A stretch of DNA of 64,000 nt from an uncultured Verrucomicrobiae bacterium (GCA_963836755.1 CAWIKF010000002.1:1568001-1632000), one strand, 5' to 3'. Numbered from the stretch's first letter, positions 20,097-30,181 are shown. The notes: generated from the sequence alone by a model not told the origin. Made by a program: numbers and translations.

Positions 20097-21440
20097 GTGC
20101 TGAATTACATCTGGCTCGGATTCATGCTCGCTGCCGTGCTGATCGGCGGCTTCACCGGCCGGATGAAGGAGCTCACGGATGCGACTTTTGATTCGTCGAA
20201 AACGGCGGTCACTCTCGCGATCGGGCTCGTCGGCATGATGGCGCTCTGGCTTGGAATCATGCGGCTCGCGGAGCGATCGGGGCTCATCAGGATCATCGCG
20301 GCGGCGCTGCGTCCGCTGACGCGATTGCTCTTTCCCGATGTGCCCCCGGAGCACCCGGCGAACGGCGCGATCGTGATGACGATTGCGGCGAATATGCTCG
20401 GTCTCTCAAATGCTGCGACGCCACTCGGCCTGCGCGCGATGGGCTATCTCGAGGCGCTCAACCCGCGACCCGGCACGGCGACGAACGCGATGTGCACCTT
20501 CCTCGCGATCAGCACCAGCTCGGTGCAATTAATCCCGGCGACCGCGGTGGCCATTCTCGCTTCGGCAGGTTCGGCTAATCCGACGGCGATCATCGGCACG
20601 GCGCTGATCGCGACGAGCTGCGCCGCACTTGCGGGCGTGGTCTCGGTGAAATGGCTGGAAAAATTACCGATGTTTCGTCTGTCAAACATTCCGGAGACAG
20701 ACGCCAACGTCCGCGAAAAAGTTCTTTCGGATCAAAGTGCGTTCACCGAGCCAGAGCCGATGGAAGTAGTCGCGCCGTTGACGAACGCCGGCAAAGTCGC
20801 GCTGCTTTTTTTTCTCGCGATTTTCGCGACTTGGTTCGCGCTCGATGCCTTTTTTCCCGGTGCATGGGGACGCCCGGTTCAGCCTGGCGCGGCGGATCAA
20901 AGTGCATTCGGCCGCGTGGTCGGCACGGTGTCGCTGATGGCGATTCCGTTTTTGCTCACGTTCTTTCCGCTCTACGCCGCGCTGCGGCGCGTCAAAGTTT
21001 ATGAAGAATTCACGAGCGGCGCGAAGGAAGGTTTTGAAGTTGCCGTGCGAATCATTCCATTCCTCGTCGCAATCCTCGTCGCCGTCGGGATGTTTCGCGC
21101 GGCGGGCGGGATTGACCTCGTCGCGCGCGCGCTTTCGCCCGTGCTCGGCCTTGTCGCGTTTCCGACCGATCTGCTGCCGATCGTGCTGGTGCGGCCATTG
21201 AGCGGGAGCGCGACGACTGGATTGTTTGCGGAGCTGGTGAAGGCGCATGGGCCGGACAGCCTCATCGCACGCACCGCGGGGACGATTCTCGGAAGCACCG
21301 AAACAACGTTTTATGTGCTCGCCGTTTACTTCGGCTCCGTCGCGATCCGTCGGACACGGCACGCGGTTTTGGCGGGGCTGACGGCGGACTTTACCGGCGT
21401 GGTTGTGTCGCTGATCGTCTGCCGATGGATGTTTAAATAA
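20097..21440 (+). CDS. SpmA/SpmB fusion, nucleoside-recognition (Gate) domain membrane protein
   Basis: GTG start MLNYIW; ANMLGLSNAATPLGLRAM; KVYEEF..GAKEGF; RPLSGS; GSTETTFYVLAVYFG. Confidence 0.88.
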   Translation: MLNYIWLGFMLAAVLIGGFTGRMKELTDATFDSSKTAVTLAIGLVGMMALWLGIMRLAERSGLIRIIAAALRPLTRLLFPDVPPEHPANGAIVMTIAANMLGLSNAATPLGLRAMGYLEALNPRPGTATNAMCTFLAISTSSVQLIPATAVAILASAGSANPTAIIGTALIATSCAALAGVVSVKWLEKLPMFRLSNIPETDANVREKVLSDQSAFTEPEPMEVVAPLTNAGKVALLFFLAIFATWFALDAFFPGAWGRPVQPGAADQSAFGRVVGTVSLMAIPFLLTFFPLYAALRRVKVYEEFTSGAKEGFEVAVRIIPFLVAILVAVGMFRAAGGIDLVARALSPVLGLVAFPTDLLPIVLVRPLSGSATTGLFAELVKAHGPDSLIARTAGTILGSTETTFYVLAVYFGSVAIRRTRHAVLAGLTADFTGVVVSLIVCRWMFK

Positions 21441-21457
21441 GCGGCGACGGCTCGAAG

Positions 21458-22648
21458 CTACTGCTTTTCGATCCAATCGAGCACCGCATCGACCTGCGCG
21501 CGGCCTTGCCGCAGGAAGAAGTTTGACGCGCGTCCGAAACTTTTCATGCCGAGCGTGAAGTAACCCGGCTCGGGATGCAGGAGAGTTTCCGCGCCGCAGC
21601 GGCCGGTTTCAAAGCAATCGTCGGTGCTGTTCGTCTCCATCACCGCCGCCAACCGATTCGCACCCTCCGTCGCGTATGATGTGTGCGTTTGCAACTCGCG
21701 CGTCATATCGAGTTCGGGACGAAAACCGACGGCAGCGATGATCCGATCAACGACGATCTTTGCCGGCCCGCCAAAAGCACGGAGCGTCACCGTTAATCCC
21801 TCCTCGCCCGGATGCAGCGCAAGCACCGTGCTCTCGCGGCGAAAATCAATGCCGTCCGAATCGACGAGGTCATTCACGAGCGCGGCCAGCTGATCGCGCT
21901 CGGGCAGGGGATCATCTTCCACGCGCGGGCACGGCGGAATGACGTCGCGGCGCGCAGCCCAAATAATCTTCGTTTCGGGAGCGGTTTTGCGCAGCTCCGC
22001 AAGGTCGCGCACGGCGGTCGCGGCGGAATAGCCCGAGCCGACAACGAGCACGCGTCGGTTTTCATAGAGCCGCCGTTGACGCCCGAGCAGATCGACCGGC
22101 CCGTAGGAAATGAAGGACTTCGCCGCGCTCTCGCCGACCGCCGGAATGCCGCCATCGCCGAGCGGATTCGGTGTTTGAAAAGTTCCGGTGCAGTCAAAAA
22201 CGATCTCCGCGTCCTCGGCCCATTCGCGTGCGCCGCGGCGCAGCAGCAGGCGAAAACCGCTCTCCATGCGCGACGGCTCGCCGACTTGATCCTTTTTCAA
22301 AATCTCGCCTCGGCCTACGGCGACGACTTCGACATTCGTGTGAAGGATTTCCTCGCCGAGGCTCTCAGCCAGCGGCGCGAGATATTGCGCGACAAATTCG
22401 GTGCCGGTCAAAAGTTCGTCGGGGTCCGGCAACGGCTGTTGTCGCTTTTTTAAACGTTCGATGCCGCGCAGCGAGACGTTCATGCCGAAAGGCGAAAACA
22501 TCCGCACGTGTCCCCAGCGGCGCACCGATTCGCCAGGCTCGCCAAGCTCGAAAACATTGACGCGATGTCCATAACTCATCGCGGCCACGGCGGCCTCGAG
22601 CCCGATTGGGCCAGCTCCGAGAATCGCGATGCGCTGCCGAATTTTCAT
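21458..22648 (-). CDS. FAD/NAD(P)-dependent oxidoreductase (flavin monooxygenase-like)
   Basis: GAGPIG, WGHVRMFSP, D.TGT, GSGYSA, GFRP, LGMKSFGR. Confidence 0.8.
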   Translation of the reverse strand: MKIRQRIAILGAGPIGLEAAVAAMSYGHRVNVFELGEPGESVRRWGHVRMFSPFGMNVSLRGIERLKKRQQPLPDPDELLTGTEFVAQYLAPLAESLGEEILHTNVEVVAVGRGEILKKDQVGEPSRMESGFRLLLRRGAREWAEDAEIVFDCTGTFQTPNPLGDGGIPAVGESAAKSFISYGPVDLLGRQRRLYENRRVLVVGSGYSAATAVRDLAELRKTAPETKIIWAARRDVIPPCPRVEDDPLPERDQLAALVNDLVDSDGIDFRRESTVLALHPGEEGLTVTLRAFGGPAKIVVDRIIAAVGFRPELDMTRELQTHTSYATEGANRLAAVMETNSTDDCFETGRCGAETLLHPEPGYFTLGMKSFGRASNFFLRQGRAQVDAVLDWIEKQ

Positions 22649-22802
22649 GATTGAATTTGGTTCACCTTTCTTTTTTCATTCGGACTCGCATTTCATCTTG
22701 CGCGTCGTTCGGAGAAGGTTGGAGCGGCGGGCGCCGATCGCAATGTTTCACAATTGAGAGAGCGAAGAGCATGCCGGATACGAAAATTTCTGCGAAGTGC
22801 GA

Positions 22803-22833
22803 TTGACAGTGATTATAAAAACCGTAATTATCA
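22803..22833 (+). promoter_or_regulatory. Sigma70-like promoter overlapped by an AT-rich dyad (Fur-box-like)
   Basis: TTGACA at 22803; TGATTAT-N10-ATTATCA imperfect dyad in a GC-rich background. Confidence 0.45.
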
Positions 22834-22885
22834 AACAAATCAAGCGCCGCCTCGGCGTGCAGCGCATCAGCGGAAAAACTTCATC

Positions 22886-23107
22886 ATGAATCAAAAGTAT
22901 AAGGCTGTTTGCTGGCTCTGCCTGACGATTTTGATCACGGCCGGTTTGAAATATGTGCCGACGTATCTCGTGCAGGAGCGCGCGCTGGACCAGCAGGATC
23001 GGGTCATTGATCTAAAGGAGCGCGCTTATCTCCAGGCCACCGGCACAGCGCCGACGATCTCGATTCCCGCACCAGTCAAAGCTGCTGCACCTTCACAGCT
23101 TCTCTAA
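22886..23107 (+). CDS. Small single-pass membrane protein (73 aa), unknown function
   Basis: N-terminal hydrophobic helix, short helical/coiled region; promoter upstream. Confidence 0.6.
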   Translation: MNQKYKAVCWLCLTILITAGLKYVPTYLVQERALDQQDRVIDLKERAYLQATGTAPTISIPAPVKAAAPSQLL

Positions 23108-23135
23108 ATTTCCGCGGCAACTCTGTCGCTTCGGA

Positions 23136-23408
23136 TCAAAATTCCGACTCGCCGTCGTCGGAACTAAGGCCGTTTTCGCGCATCGCTTCGCGGATCTGCT
23201 CCAGCAACCGCAGCTTCGTCCCGGGATGCGGCGCGTGCGGACGCAGGCTTAACGCGAAAATCGCGTTGAGTTTGCGACATTCGTTGATGAACTCCTCGGC
23301 CGGGTCGCCGAATTCCCGACGCGCATCCACAAACTCGTCCATCTCCTCCGCCTCGAGCGCGCCGACGACATACAGGCGCGCTTTGTTTTCAAACTCATCA
23401 AAATTCAT
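23136..23408 (-). CDS. Short soluble anti-sigma-like protein (RskA N-terminal-like domain only)
   Basis: LYVVGALEAEEMDEF...LSLRP.AP...KLRLL pattern; overlaps the ECF sigma stop. Confidence 0.65.
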   Translation of the reverse strand: MNFDEFENKARLYVVGALEAEEMDEFVDARREFGDPAEEFINECRKLNAIFALSLRPHAPHPGTKLRLLEQIREAMRENGLSSDDGESEF

Positions 23409-23991
23409 TTTCGAGACCTTTGAGAGCTTCGGAGATTTTTTTAAGTCCAAGTTCGAGACGGGTTTTAATGGTTCCCAAAGGAATATTCGTATGTGCGGCG
23501 ATTTCGCGCTGACTCATTCCCTTAAAATATGAAAGCTCGATCGCCTGCATCTGCAGCGGCGGCAGCGCGCTCATGACTTTGTAGAGCAAATGCCGCGTGT
23601 CCGAGCTCTCGATATCACCGTCAGAAGTATTGTGCACCCACGCCTCCGGTTGCTGCTCAGGCTCCTGCTGGAGCCGTTCTTCGGCCCGCGCGTAAGCCTG
23701 GCGTTTGCGCAGCCGATCGATCGAGCGACGCCGCGCGAGCGTGACGATCCAGCCAAGCGGCTTTCCTTTTTTCGCGGAAAAGTTCTGCGCGTGATTCCAG
23801 ATCTCCATGAAAATTTCCTGCAGCAAATCATCCGCCTCCGACTCGTTGTGAATGATCCGCATGATCAGCGCTTTCAAAATTCCGCTGTAGCGATCGTAGA
23901 GCGATGTCAGCGCCTCCGCTCGCCGCTGCTGGATTCCAAGCATCAAATCCTCGTCGCTTGCCTCACCGGGCTTCAAATCAGGATGCGTCAT
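23398..23991 (-). CDS. ECF RNA polymerase sigma factor (SigK-like)
   Basis: LYDRYS, DDLLQEIF..IW, W..TLARRRSIDRLR, YFKGMSQREIA..IPLGTIKTR. Confidence 0.92.
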   Translation of the reverse strand: MTHPDLKPGEASDEDLMLGIQQRRAEALTSLYDRYSGILKALIMRIIHNESEADDLLQEIFMEIWNHAQNFSAKKGKPLGWIVTLARRRSIDRLRKRQAYARAEERLQQEPEQQPEAWVHNTSDGDIESSDTRHLLYKVMSALPPLQMQAIELSYFKGMSQREIAAHTNIPLGTIKTRLELGLKKISEALKGLENEF

Positions 23992-24073
23992 TTTTTTCAG
24001 TCGGGAAAAAGGTTTAGTGGTTGCGGGAGCATTCGTTTAATGAAAAAAGTCCCGCTTCTCAATCACGACAGCC

Positions 24074-25249
24074 ATGTTGAACAAAAAATTTCCGCGCCTT
24101 CTTCCTGAGCCGATTCGCAAAAACATGCGCGTTGACGCGCTCATCGACACTGCTTTTAAAGCCTACAACGGCGGGCGTCTCGCGGAAGCGTGCCGGCTTT
24201 TCACGCAAAAAATGCTCCCGCGCAACGGTGCCGTCGGCCTCTCCATCACCGGCGCGCTCACGCCCGCGGGGCTCGGCAAGGCCGCGATCATCCCGCTGAT
24301 GAAAGCCGGCTTCGTCGATTGGATCGTCTCGACCGGCGCGAACCTTTACCACGATCTCCACTTCGGCCTCGGCATGGAGTTATACGCAGGCTCACCTTTT
24401 TTAAACGATGTGGAACTGCGCCACGACGGCGTCATCCGCATCTACGACGTGCTTTTCAGCTACGACGTGCTGCTCGATACCGATGCATTTGTGCGACAGG
24501 TCATCCAGGAACCGGAGTTCAAAAAAACGATGGCGACCGACGAGTTTCATCATCGCCTCGGGCGTTACGTTTATGAGCGCGAGCGCAAACTTGGCTTGAA
24601 AGAAACCAGCGTCCTCAGCGCCGCGTATCAGTTTGGAGTTCCGATATTTACTAGCTCGCCGGGCGATTCCTCCATCGGCATGAATGTCGCCGCGATGGCT
24701 TTGCGCGGAAGCGGCCTTCAATTCGATGTGAATCGCGATGTTAATCAAACGGCAGCGATTGTTTATGATGCGAAATCGCGCGGCCTCACCAGCAGCGTTT
24801 TCATCTTGGGCGGCGGCTCGCCGAAAAATTTCATCCTGCAAACCGAGCCGCAAATCCAGGAAGTGATGGGTATCGAAGAGCGCGGGCACGATTACTTTTT
24901 GCAATGCACGGACGCGCGTCCGGACACTGGCGGTCTCAGCGGCGCGACGCCCGCCGAAGCGGTGAGCTGGGGCAAAATTGATCCCGATACGCTCCCGGAC
25001 TGTGTCGTCTGCTATCTCGACAGCACGGTGGCGCTGCCGCTCATCACCGCTTACGCGCTCAGCAAAGTCGCCCCGCGTTCGCGCAAAAAACTCTACGATT
25101 CCCGCGATGCAATCTACGAAAAACTTTGCACGCAATACTTCAAGCATGGCCGCGTCGAAAAAATCGAGCACCGCACCGACGTCAAACAACCGAGAGCAAA
25201 GCGCAACTCCACCGGCCGCGCGGTTCTCACTCAGCGCGCCGCGAAGTAA
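24074..25249 (+). CDS. Deoxyhypusine synthase-like protein (polyamine aminobutyltransferase)
   Basis: [46 protein letters not shown] with the catalytic Lys. Confidence 0.88.
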   Translation: MLNKKFPRLLPEPIRKNMRVDALIDTAFKAYNGGRLAEACRLFTQKMLPRNGAVGLSITGALTPAGLGKAAIIPLMKAGFVDWIVSTGANLYHDLHFGLGMELYAGSPFLNDVELRHDGVIRIYDVLFSYDVLLDTDAFVRQVIQEPEFKKTMATDEFHHRLGRYVYERERKLGLKETSVLSAAYQFGVPIFTSSPGDSSIGMNVAAMALRGSGLQFDVNRDVNQTAAIVYDAKSRGLTSSVFILGGGSPKNFILQTEPQIQEVMGIEERGHDYFLQCTDARPDTGGLSGATPAEAVSWGKIDPDTLPDCVVCYLDSTVALPLITAYALSKVAPRSRKKLYDSRDAIYEKLCTQYFKHGRVEKIEHRTDVKQPRAKRNSTGRAVLTQRAAK

Positions 25250-25252
25250 TTC

Positions 25253-26273
25253 TCAGCACCAACTTTTTCCCAATCGCTTCCTTTTTCCAAAAAGCAGCAC
25301 TCCGCCGCCGAGAAACAAACTCCAAACGCCCGGTTCCGGCACGACGCTGTAAACAGTGGTGTCGTAGTTGAAATCGGTCACGCCGACGACGATTTGCGTG
25401 CCGTCAGTGGCGACGCCGCTGAGGTATCCGCCGCTATCGATACTGCCGATCTGCTGCCCGGCGCCGGTGGTGAGATTGTAGAGGCTGATCGTGTTGCCGG
25501 CGGTCTCGGCTTGCAGGAGGGTGTTCGCCGTCCTTGAGAGCAAAAAACGAGTTGCTCGCGTCGGTGATGAACGGCGTATAGTTTTGCAGACTCAATTGCG
25601 TTTGCGTGGCGACTGCGCTGGCGAGCTCGGCTGCGGGAATGCGGTAGATGCCGATTTTGTTCGCAGGGAGGCTGCCGAAGGAGGTCGAGCCGTAGAGAAG
25701 ATTGCCTGCGGCGTCAAACGCGATGGGGCCGGAGGCGTCGCCGCCGGTGTCGAGCACTGCCGTGGCCACGCCGCCAGAGAGCTTGAAGATCTGCGCGTCG
25801 CCCGTGAAGGTGCTGGAATTGTAGTTCGGGTTGGCGGAGAGATAAACGCCGGATGCGGTAGCTGCGAGCGAGTAGTTGTTAGCGACCGAGGCGACTGGAG
25901 TGACGCTCTTAGTCTGCATGTCGTAAGCCTTGATGGCGTCGTTGGCGCCGTAATAAACCGTCTGCCCGACCGGCACGACGAAAGCTCCGTAGTTGACAGT
26001 GCCGTCGCCAGTTACCGTCGAAGGGCTTTGCGTGGCGGCGCTGAATTCCCGGATAACGGTCTGGACGCTGCCGTTGAAGCTGTTCGTTTCAATGTAGTAA
26101 ATGTTGCCGGACGGGTCAGCGTTGAGCGCAGAGAGTCCGAGGACGTAGGATCCGTTGCCGTTGACGGTAAACAACGGCGTAGCCGAATAGCCGTTGGCGA
26201 GGGTCAGTGTTTGCGCGAGGGCGCAGTGGAGCGCTGCAAGGCCGAGGCCGAGCGCGAGGAGTATCTTTTTCAT
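25253..26273 (-). pseudogene. Secreted beta-propeller-like PEP-CTERM protein, interrupted by a +1 frameshift near 25527
   Basis: Signal peptide MKKILLALGLGLAALHCALA; blade-like motifs (ADPSGNIYY, GPIAFDAAGNLLY); C-terminal VPEPG-TM-KRKR in the shifted frame. Confidence 0.85.
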
Positions 26274-26275
26274 TT

Positions 26276-26305
26276 TTCCAGTCTCTATGTTTGGAGAGAC
26301 CAGAA
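26276..26305 (-). promoter_or_regulatory. Hairpin sequestering the translation initiation region (riboswitch expression platform)
   Basis: Minus strand UUCUGGUCUCU / AGAGACUGGAA 11-bp stem ending 2 nt before the ATG. Confidence 0.55.
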
Positions 26306-26413
26306 CGCGGGCGCGCAGAAGGCGATTGCCCGCGCTTTGCTGATCCCTCATTGCTTCTTTTTGCGAAGAAGGTGCGCCGGCCCGCACACGCGGCGGCGCG
26401 AATGAGAGTGGGC

Positions 26414-26600
26414 TGGGCAAATGTTCTGACTCCTGGCTTGCGGCGAACTTTTTCTGAAAAAGCTCGCGCACCTTTTTCCCGCCTTCACCACGTTTGTTTG
26501 GACAAACGCAATTGGCCTTTGGGAAATCGTATCCAGTCACAGCAGCGCAACTGCTCCCGATTCTCACGGGATTTCTTGCTTCAGCTCACTAATTCTTGAA
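26414..26600 (-). promoter_or_regulatory. Cobalamin riboswitch
   Basis: Minus strand AAGAAATCCCGTGAGAATCGGGAGCAGTTGCGCTGCTGTGA ... GGTGAAGGC ... GAGTCAGAACATTTGCC matches the P4/P5/P6 and B12-box pattern. Boundaries approximate. Confidence 0.8.
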
Positions 26601-26667
26601 ATCGCAAAGAACTGCGGCCGTCTTAATCGCGCCAAATTTGCGGTGCAAGAATTTTTTTCCGCGCGCT

Positions 26668-29600
26668 CTACGCGAGCTGGCTTTGCACGAAATCGTGGTA
26701 GATGAGCGTGTCGTTATTTTTCGCCTCGAGCACATCGTGCACGACGTGCCCAAGGTCGGTGATTTCATACGGCTTCGCGATGCAGGCGCAGAAGCCATAT
26801 TCCTTGTAGCGGCTCATGACCGGATCAGTCGCGTAGCCGCTGGAGACGATTGCTTTCACGGTTGGATCGATCTCGATCAATTTTTTCACCGCTTCCGCGC
26901 CGCCCATGCCGCCGGGAATGGTGAGGTCACTGATGACGGCGTCAAATTTTTCGCCACGTTCCTGCGATTCCTTGTAAAGGCGGATGGCCGTCAGCGCGTC
27001 GTTCGCCGAAGTGACCTGATAGCCGAGCGGCGTGAGCGCGCTGGTGACGATGTCGCAGATCGCCTCCTCATCATCGAGGACAAGGAGCCTGCCTTTGCCC
27101 ATCATCGGCTCAGCCTTTTGTGGTTTGGAGAACGAAATTTCCTTGTCCGTCGCCGGCAGATAAATCGCGAATGTCGAGCCGACGCCGACCTTGGACTCGA
27201 CCGTGATCTGCCCCTCATGATTTTTTACGATCGAATATGAAGTCGCGAGTCCGAGGCCGCTTCCTTTTGGCTTCGTGGTAAAATACGGATCAAAAATCTT
27301 TTTGAGATATTCCTCGGGAATGCCGATGCCTTCATCGGCAATCGTGATTTTCACATACTTGCCGGGGCGCAGCGGCGAGAGTGCGGCAGTCTCCTCGAGT
27401 AGTTGGAAATTTTCGCAATGGACGCGCAACGTGCCGCCGGCCGGCATCGCTTGTTCCGCGTTGATCGTCAAATTATTGACGACCTGGCTGATCTGCCCGG
27501 CATCAATTTCGACCGGCCAAAGATTGTCGGGCAGCGTGAAATCGTGACGGATATTGCTGCCGCGCAGCGAAAACGAAACCGTGTCGTCGATGAGCTGACC
27601 GATGGACGCCGTCTTCTTGATCGGCGCGCCACCCTTTGCAAACGTGAGCAATTGCTGTGCAAGTTCCTGCGCGCGCAACGAAGCTTTTTTCGCGGTGGTG
27701 AGACGATCGTGCGTTTCCTCGCCCGCCGGAATGTGGATGAGGCAGAGTGAAAGATTGCCGATAATCGCCGTTAATAGGTTGTTAAAATCGTGTGCGATGC
27801 CGCCGGCGGCGACGCCAAGCGACTCGAGCTTCTCCGCCTTGCGCCGCTCGGATTCGAGATGCTCTTTTTCGGTGATGTCGCGGAAGACTAGCACGACGCC
27901 GAGCTTGGAATTTTTCCGATCGCGAATGGGCGATGCGCTGATCTCGACGAGCCGCTCGGTTCCGTCGCGCGAGACAATGATTCCGTGCGACGCGGAGCCG
28001 ACGACCGAGCCGGTCTCGATGATCCGCTCGACCACAGCTTGCGACGGCTTGCGCGTCCGTTCGTTGAGGATGTGAAAAATTTCCACGAGCGGGCGCCCGA
28101 TGACCGACTCTTGCTTACAGCCGGTGAGGCGCTCGGCGACGTTGTTGATCATCACGGCATTGCCCTCGACATCGGTCGCGATGAAACCGTCCCCGATCGA
28201 TCGCAGCGTGACCGCGAGCCGCTCTTTTTCCGCGTTCAAATCTTCCTCGAAACGTTTCCGCTCAATCTCGGCGGCGGCGCGCGCAGCGAAAATCTGCAGC
28301 GTGGATTCCGCGATCTGCATGTTCTCCATTGGCTTCGTGTCGATGACGCCCATCAGCCCGACCGTCTTGCCCTTGTGATCGACGAGCGGCATCGCGATGA
28401 AGCTTGCTGCGTCGAGTTCCTTGAGGACGTCGTCTTTTGGAAATGCCTCGCGCACGTCGCGCGGGTAAGCGCGAAAACCTTTTTTGAGCGCCTCGTCGCA
28501 CGCGGTGTTTGCGAGTTTGTAATTCGTCTTGCTCCGGATCGTGCCGTGCTCGGCGATGACCAGCGTGCACGCGTTGTCGTCGCTGCTTTTGTTGATCGTC
28601 TCAACCACGAATGCGAAGTCGCTCTGCAGTGCCTTCGACAATTGTTTGACAAGTGAGCGGACGAACTCCTCACCGGTCGACGAGGAAACGCCGAGGCCGA
28701 TGTGCTTGAGCGTTTCCTCCGAACGCTTCCGCTCAGTCACATCGCGGATGAGCGCGACAAAATTCCGCTTCGTATCCACCTTCATTTCGCTCAGCGAAAT
28801 TTCGATCGGGAACGGATAGTAACCCTGGCGATGGCCCATCGCCATCATCGTGCCGCGTCCGAGTTGCGCCATGTCGTGCAGAAAAAGTCGCTGCGGGATG
28901 ATCCTCGAAATGGTCTGGCCGACCATCTCTTTGGCGACGTAGCCGAACATTCTTTCCGCCGCCGGATTCATCGATTTTACGAGGCCTTGCTCGTTCATCG
29001 TGATCACGCCGTCGAGCGTCGTCTCGATGATGGACCGCGTTTGCGCCTCAGCGCTTTCAATCTTTTTCAAATGCCGCGCGTAGGCGATGAAACTATACCA
29101 ACTCGATGCGATCAAAACTCCAATCGCCAAAAGGCAAACGACCGCGAAGCCGCATGTCTTAAGGGCTCGCGCTAGCTCAGCGTGCGTCTCTGTCTTTTCA
29201 TAAATAGACATTTCATCGCGCTCAAACTCGTTCACGAGGGTCCGGATGCCGTCCATGATTTGCTTGCCGTTGTCATGCGTGACGAGGGCGGTGACATTGC
29301 GCTTTGACTGCTTCGCGGTCATCGCCGGCAGAGCCGCGTCGCGCTGCCACGAATCAAGGTCAGTGCGGATCTTTGAAAGTTTTGCCAGCGCGGCAGGCGA
29401 TTCGCTCAGCAGCACCGTGAGGTGTCCGTGATACGCGTAAAAGTCGGCGGACGCGCGCTTGTAAATATCGAGACAACTTTGATCGCCGGTGAGGAGATAA
29501 TCCCATTCAGCCTTTTCCATTTCGGAGACGACGCTTTCGAGTTTCGGCGCATAAACGAGCACCTGGAATCCTCTGTCCGCGCTGGTTTGTTCTCTATTGG

Positions 29601-30165
29601 GGCTGTTCAGCGTGTTCTGCGCGATGCGCTCGATCGTTTCCAATGTGCTCCTCGAAAGGTCGAGGAGTGAACGGCCGCGCCCGTTGGCCGGCTCCGCCAC
29701 GAAGCTCACCGGATCCTGGCGGCGCTTTTCGACAGCCGGAGTCGCAACGGTCTTCGTCCACTTGTCGATCGTTCGTTTTACCTCCAGCACGCGTTCACGC
29801 TGCGCGGCGTCATCAATGAAAACTCGCGCGAGCTCGTCGAGCCGCGTCCGGATCAGAGCGGATCTGCGGTCAAAAGTTTCGAGATACGAAGGCTGACCCG
29901 TGAGCAGAAACGCGCGGTTGTTGGTTTCGAGATTTGCGACGTCGTTCTCGATTTTGTTGGTGTCGCGCAGGATGCCAAGCGTCCGCGCGCGCTCGAGTTC
30001 CACATTGTGATCGCGCACAGCGACGGCGAGGAAAGTGGCGGCGAGCATCGTGATGGCGAAGACGCCAACGAGCGAGGAGCCGAGCAACTTTGCGTAGAAA
30101 CAATCTTCCGCCATCACGAGGGAGCGGAATTTTTTGAGGACAGCGATCTTATCGGAAAAGCCCAT
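26668..30165 (-). CDS. Hybrid sensor histidine kinase (TM-2xCHASE3-TM-PAS-GAF-PAS-HisKA-HATPase-REC)
   Basis: RAFLLTG and WDYLLTG CHASE3 motifs; NPAAERMFGY; GGIAHDFNNLL; D.G.GI; FTTK..GSGLGL; REC LDDE..SDL..KPY. Confidence 0.9.
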   Translation of the reverse strand: MGFSDKIAVLKKFRSLVMAEDCFYAKLLGSSLVGVFAITMLAATFLAVAVRDHNVELERARTLGILRDTNKIENDVANLETNNRAFLLTGQPSYLETFDRRSALIRTRLDELARVFIDDAAQRERVLEVKRTIDKWTKTVATPAVEKRRQDPVSFVAEPANGRGRSLLDLSRSTLETIERIAQNTLNSPNREQTSADRGFQVLVYAPKLESVVSEMEKAEWDYLLTGDQSCLDIYKRASADFYAYHGHLTVLLSESPAALAKLSKIRTDLDSWQRDAALPAMTAKQSKRNVTALVTHDNGKQIMDGIRTLVNEFERDEMSIYEKTETHAELARALKTCGFAVVCLLAIGVLIASSWYSFIAYARHLKKIESAEAQTRSIIETTLDGVITMNEQGLVKSMNPAAERMFGYVAKEMVGQTISRIIPQRLFLHDMAQLGRGTMMAMGHRQGYYPFPIEISLSEMKVDTKRNFVALIRDVTERKRSEETLKHIGLGVSSSTGEEFVRSLVKQLSKALQSDFAFVVETINKSSDDNACTLVIAEHGTIRSKTNYKLANTACDEALKKGFRAYPRDVREAFPKDDVLKELDAASFIAMPLVDHKGKTVGLMGVIDTKPMENMQIAESTLQIFAARAAAEIERKRFEEDLNAEKERLAVTLRSIGDGFIATDVEGNAVMINNVAERLTGCKQESVIGRPLVEIFHILNERTRKPSQAVVERIIETGSVVGSASHGIIVSRDGTERLVEISASPIRDRKNSKLGVVLVFRDITEKEHLESERRKAEKLESLGVAAGGIAHDFNNLLTAIIGNLSLCLIHIPAGEETHDRLTTAKKASLRAQELAQQLLTFAKGGAPIKKTASIGQLIDDTVSFSLRGSNIRHDFTLPDNLWPVEIDAGQISQVVNNLTINAEQAMPAGGTLRVHCENFQLLEETAALSPLRPGKYVKITIADEGIGIPEEYLKKIFDPYFTTKPKGSGLGLATSYSIVKNHEGQITVESKVGVGSTFAIYLPATDKEISFSKPQKAEPMMGKGRLLVLDDEEAICDIVTSALTPLGYQVTSANDALTAIRLYKESQERGEKFDAVISDLTIPGGMGGAEAVKKLIEIDPTVKAIVSSGYATDPVMSRYKEYGFCACIAKPYEITDLGHVVHDVLEAKNNDTLIYHDFVQSQLA

Positions 30166-30181
30166 GGTTGCAGCTTTCCTA

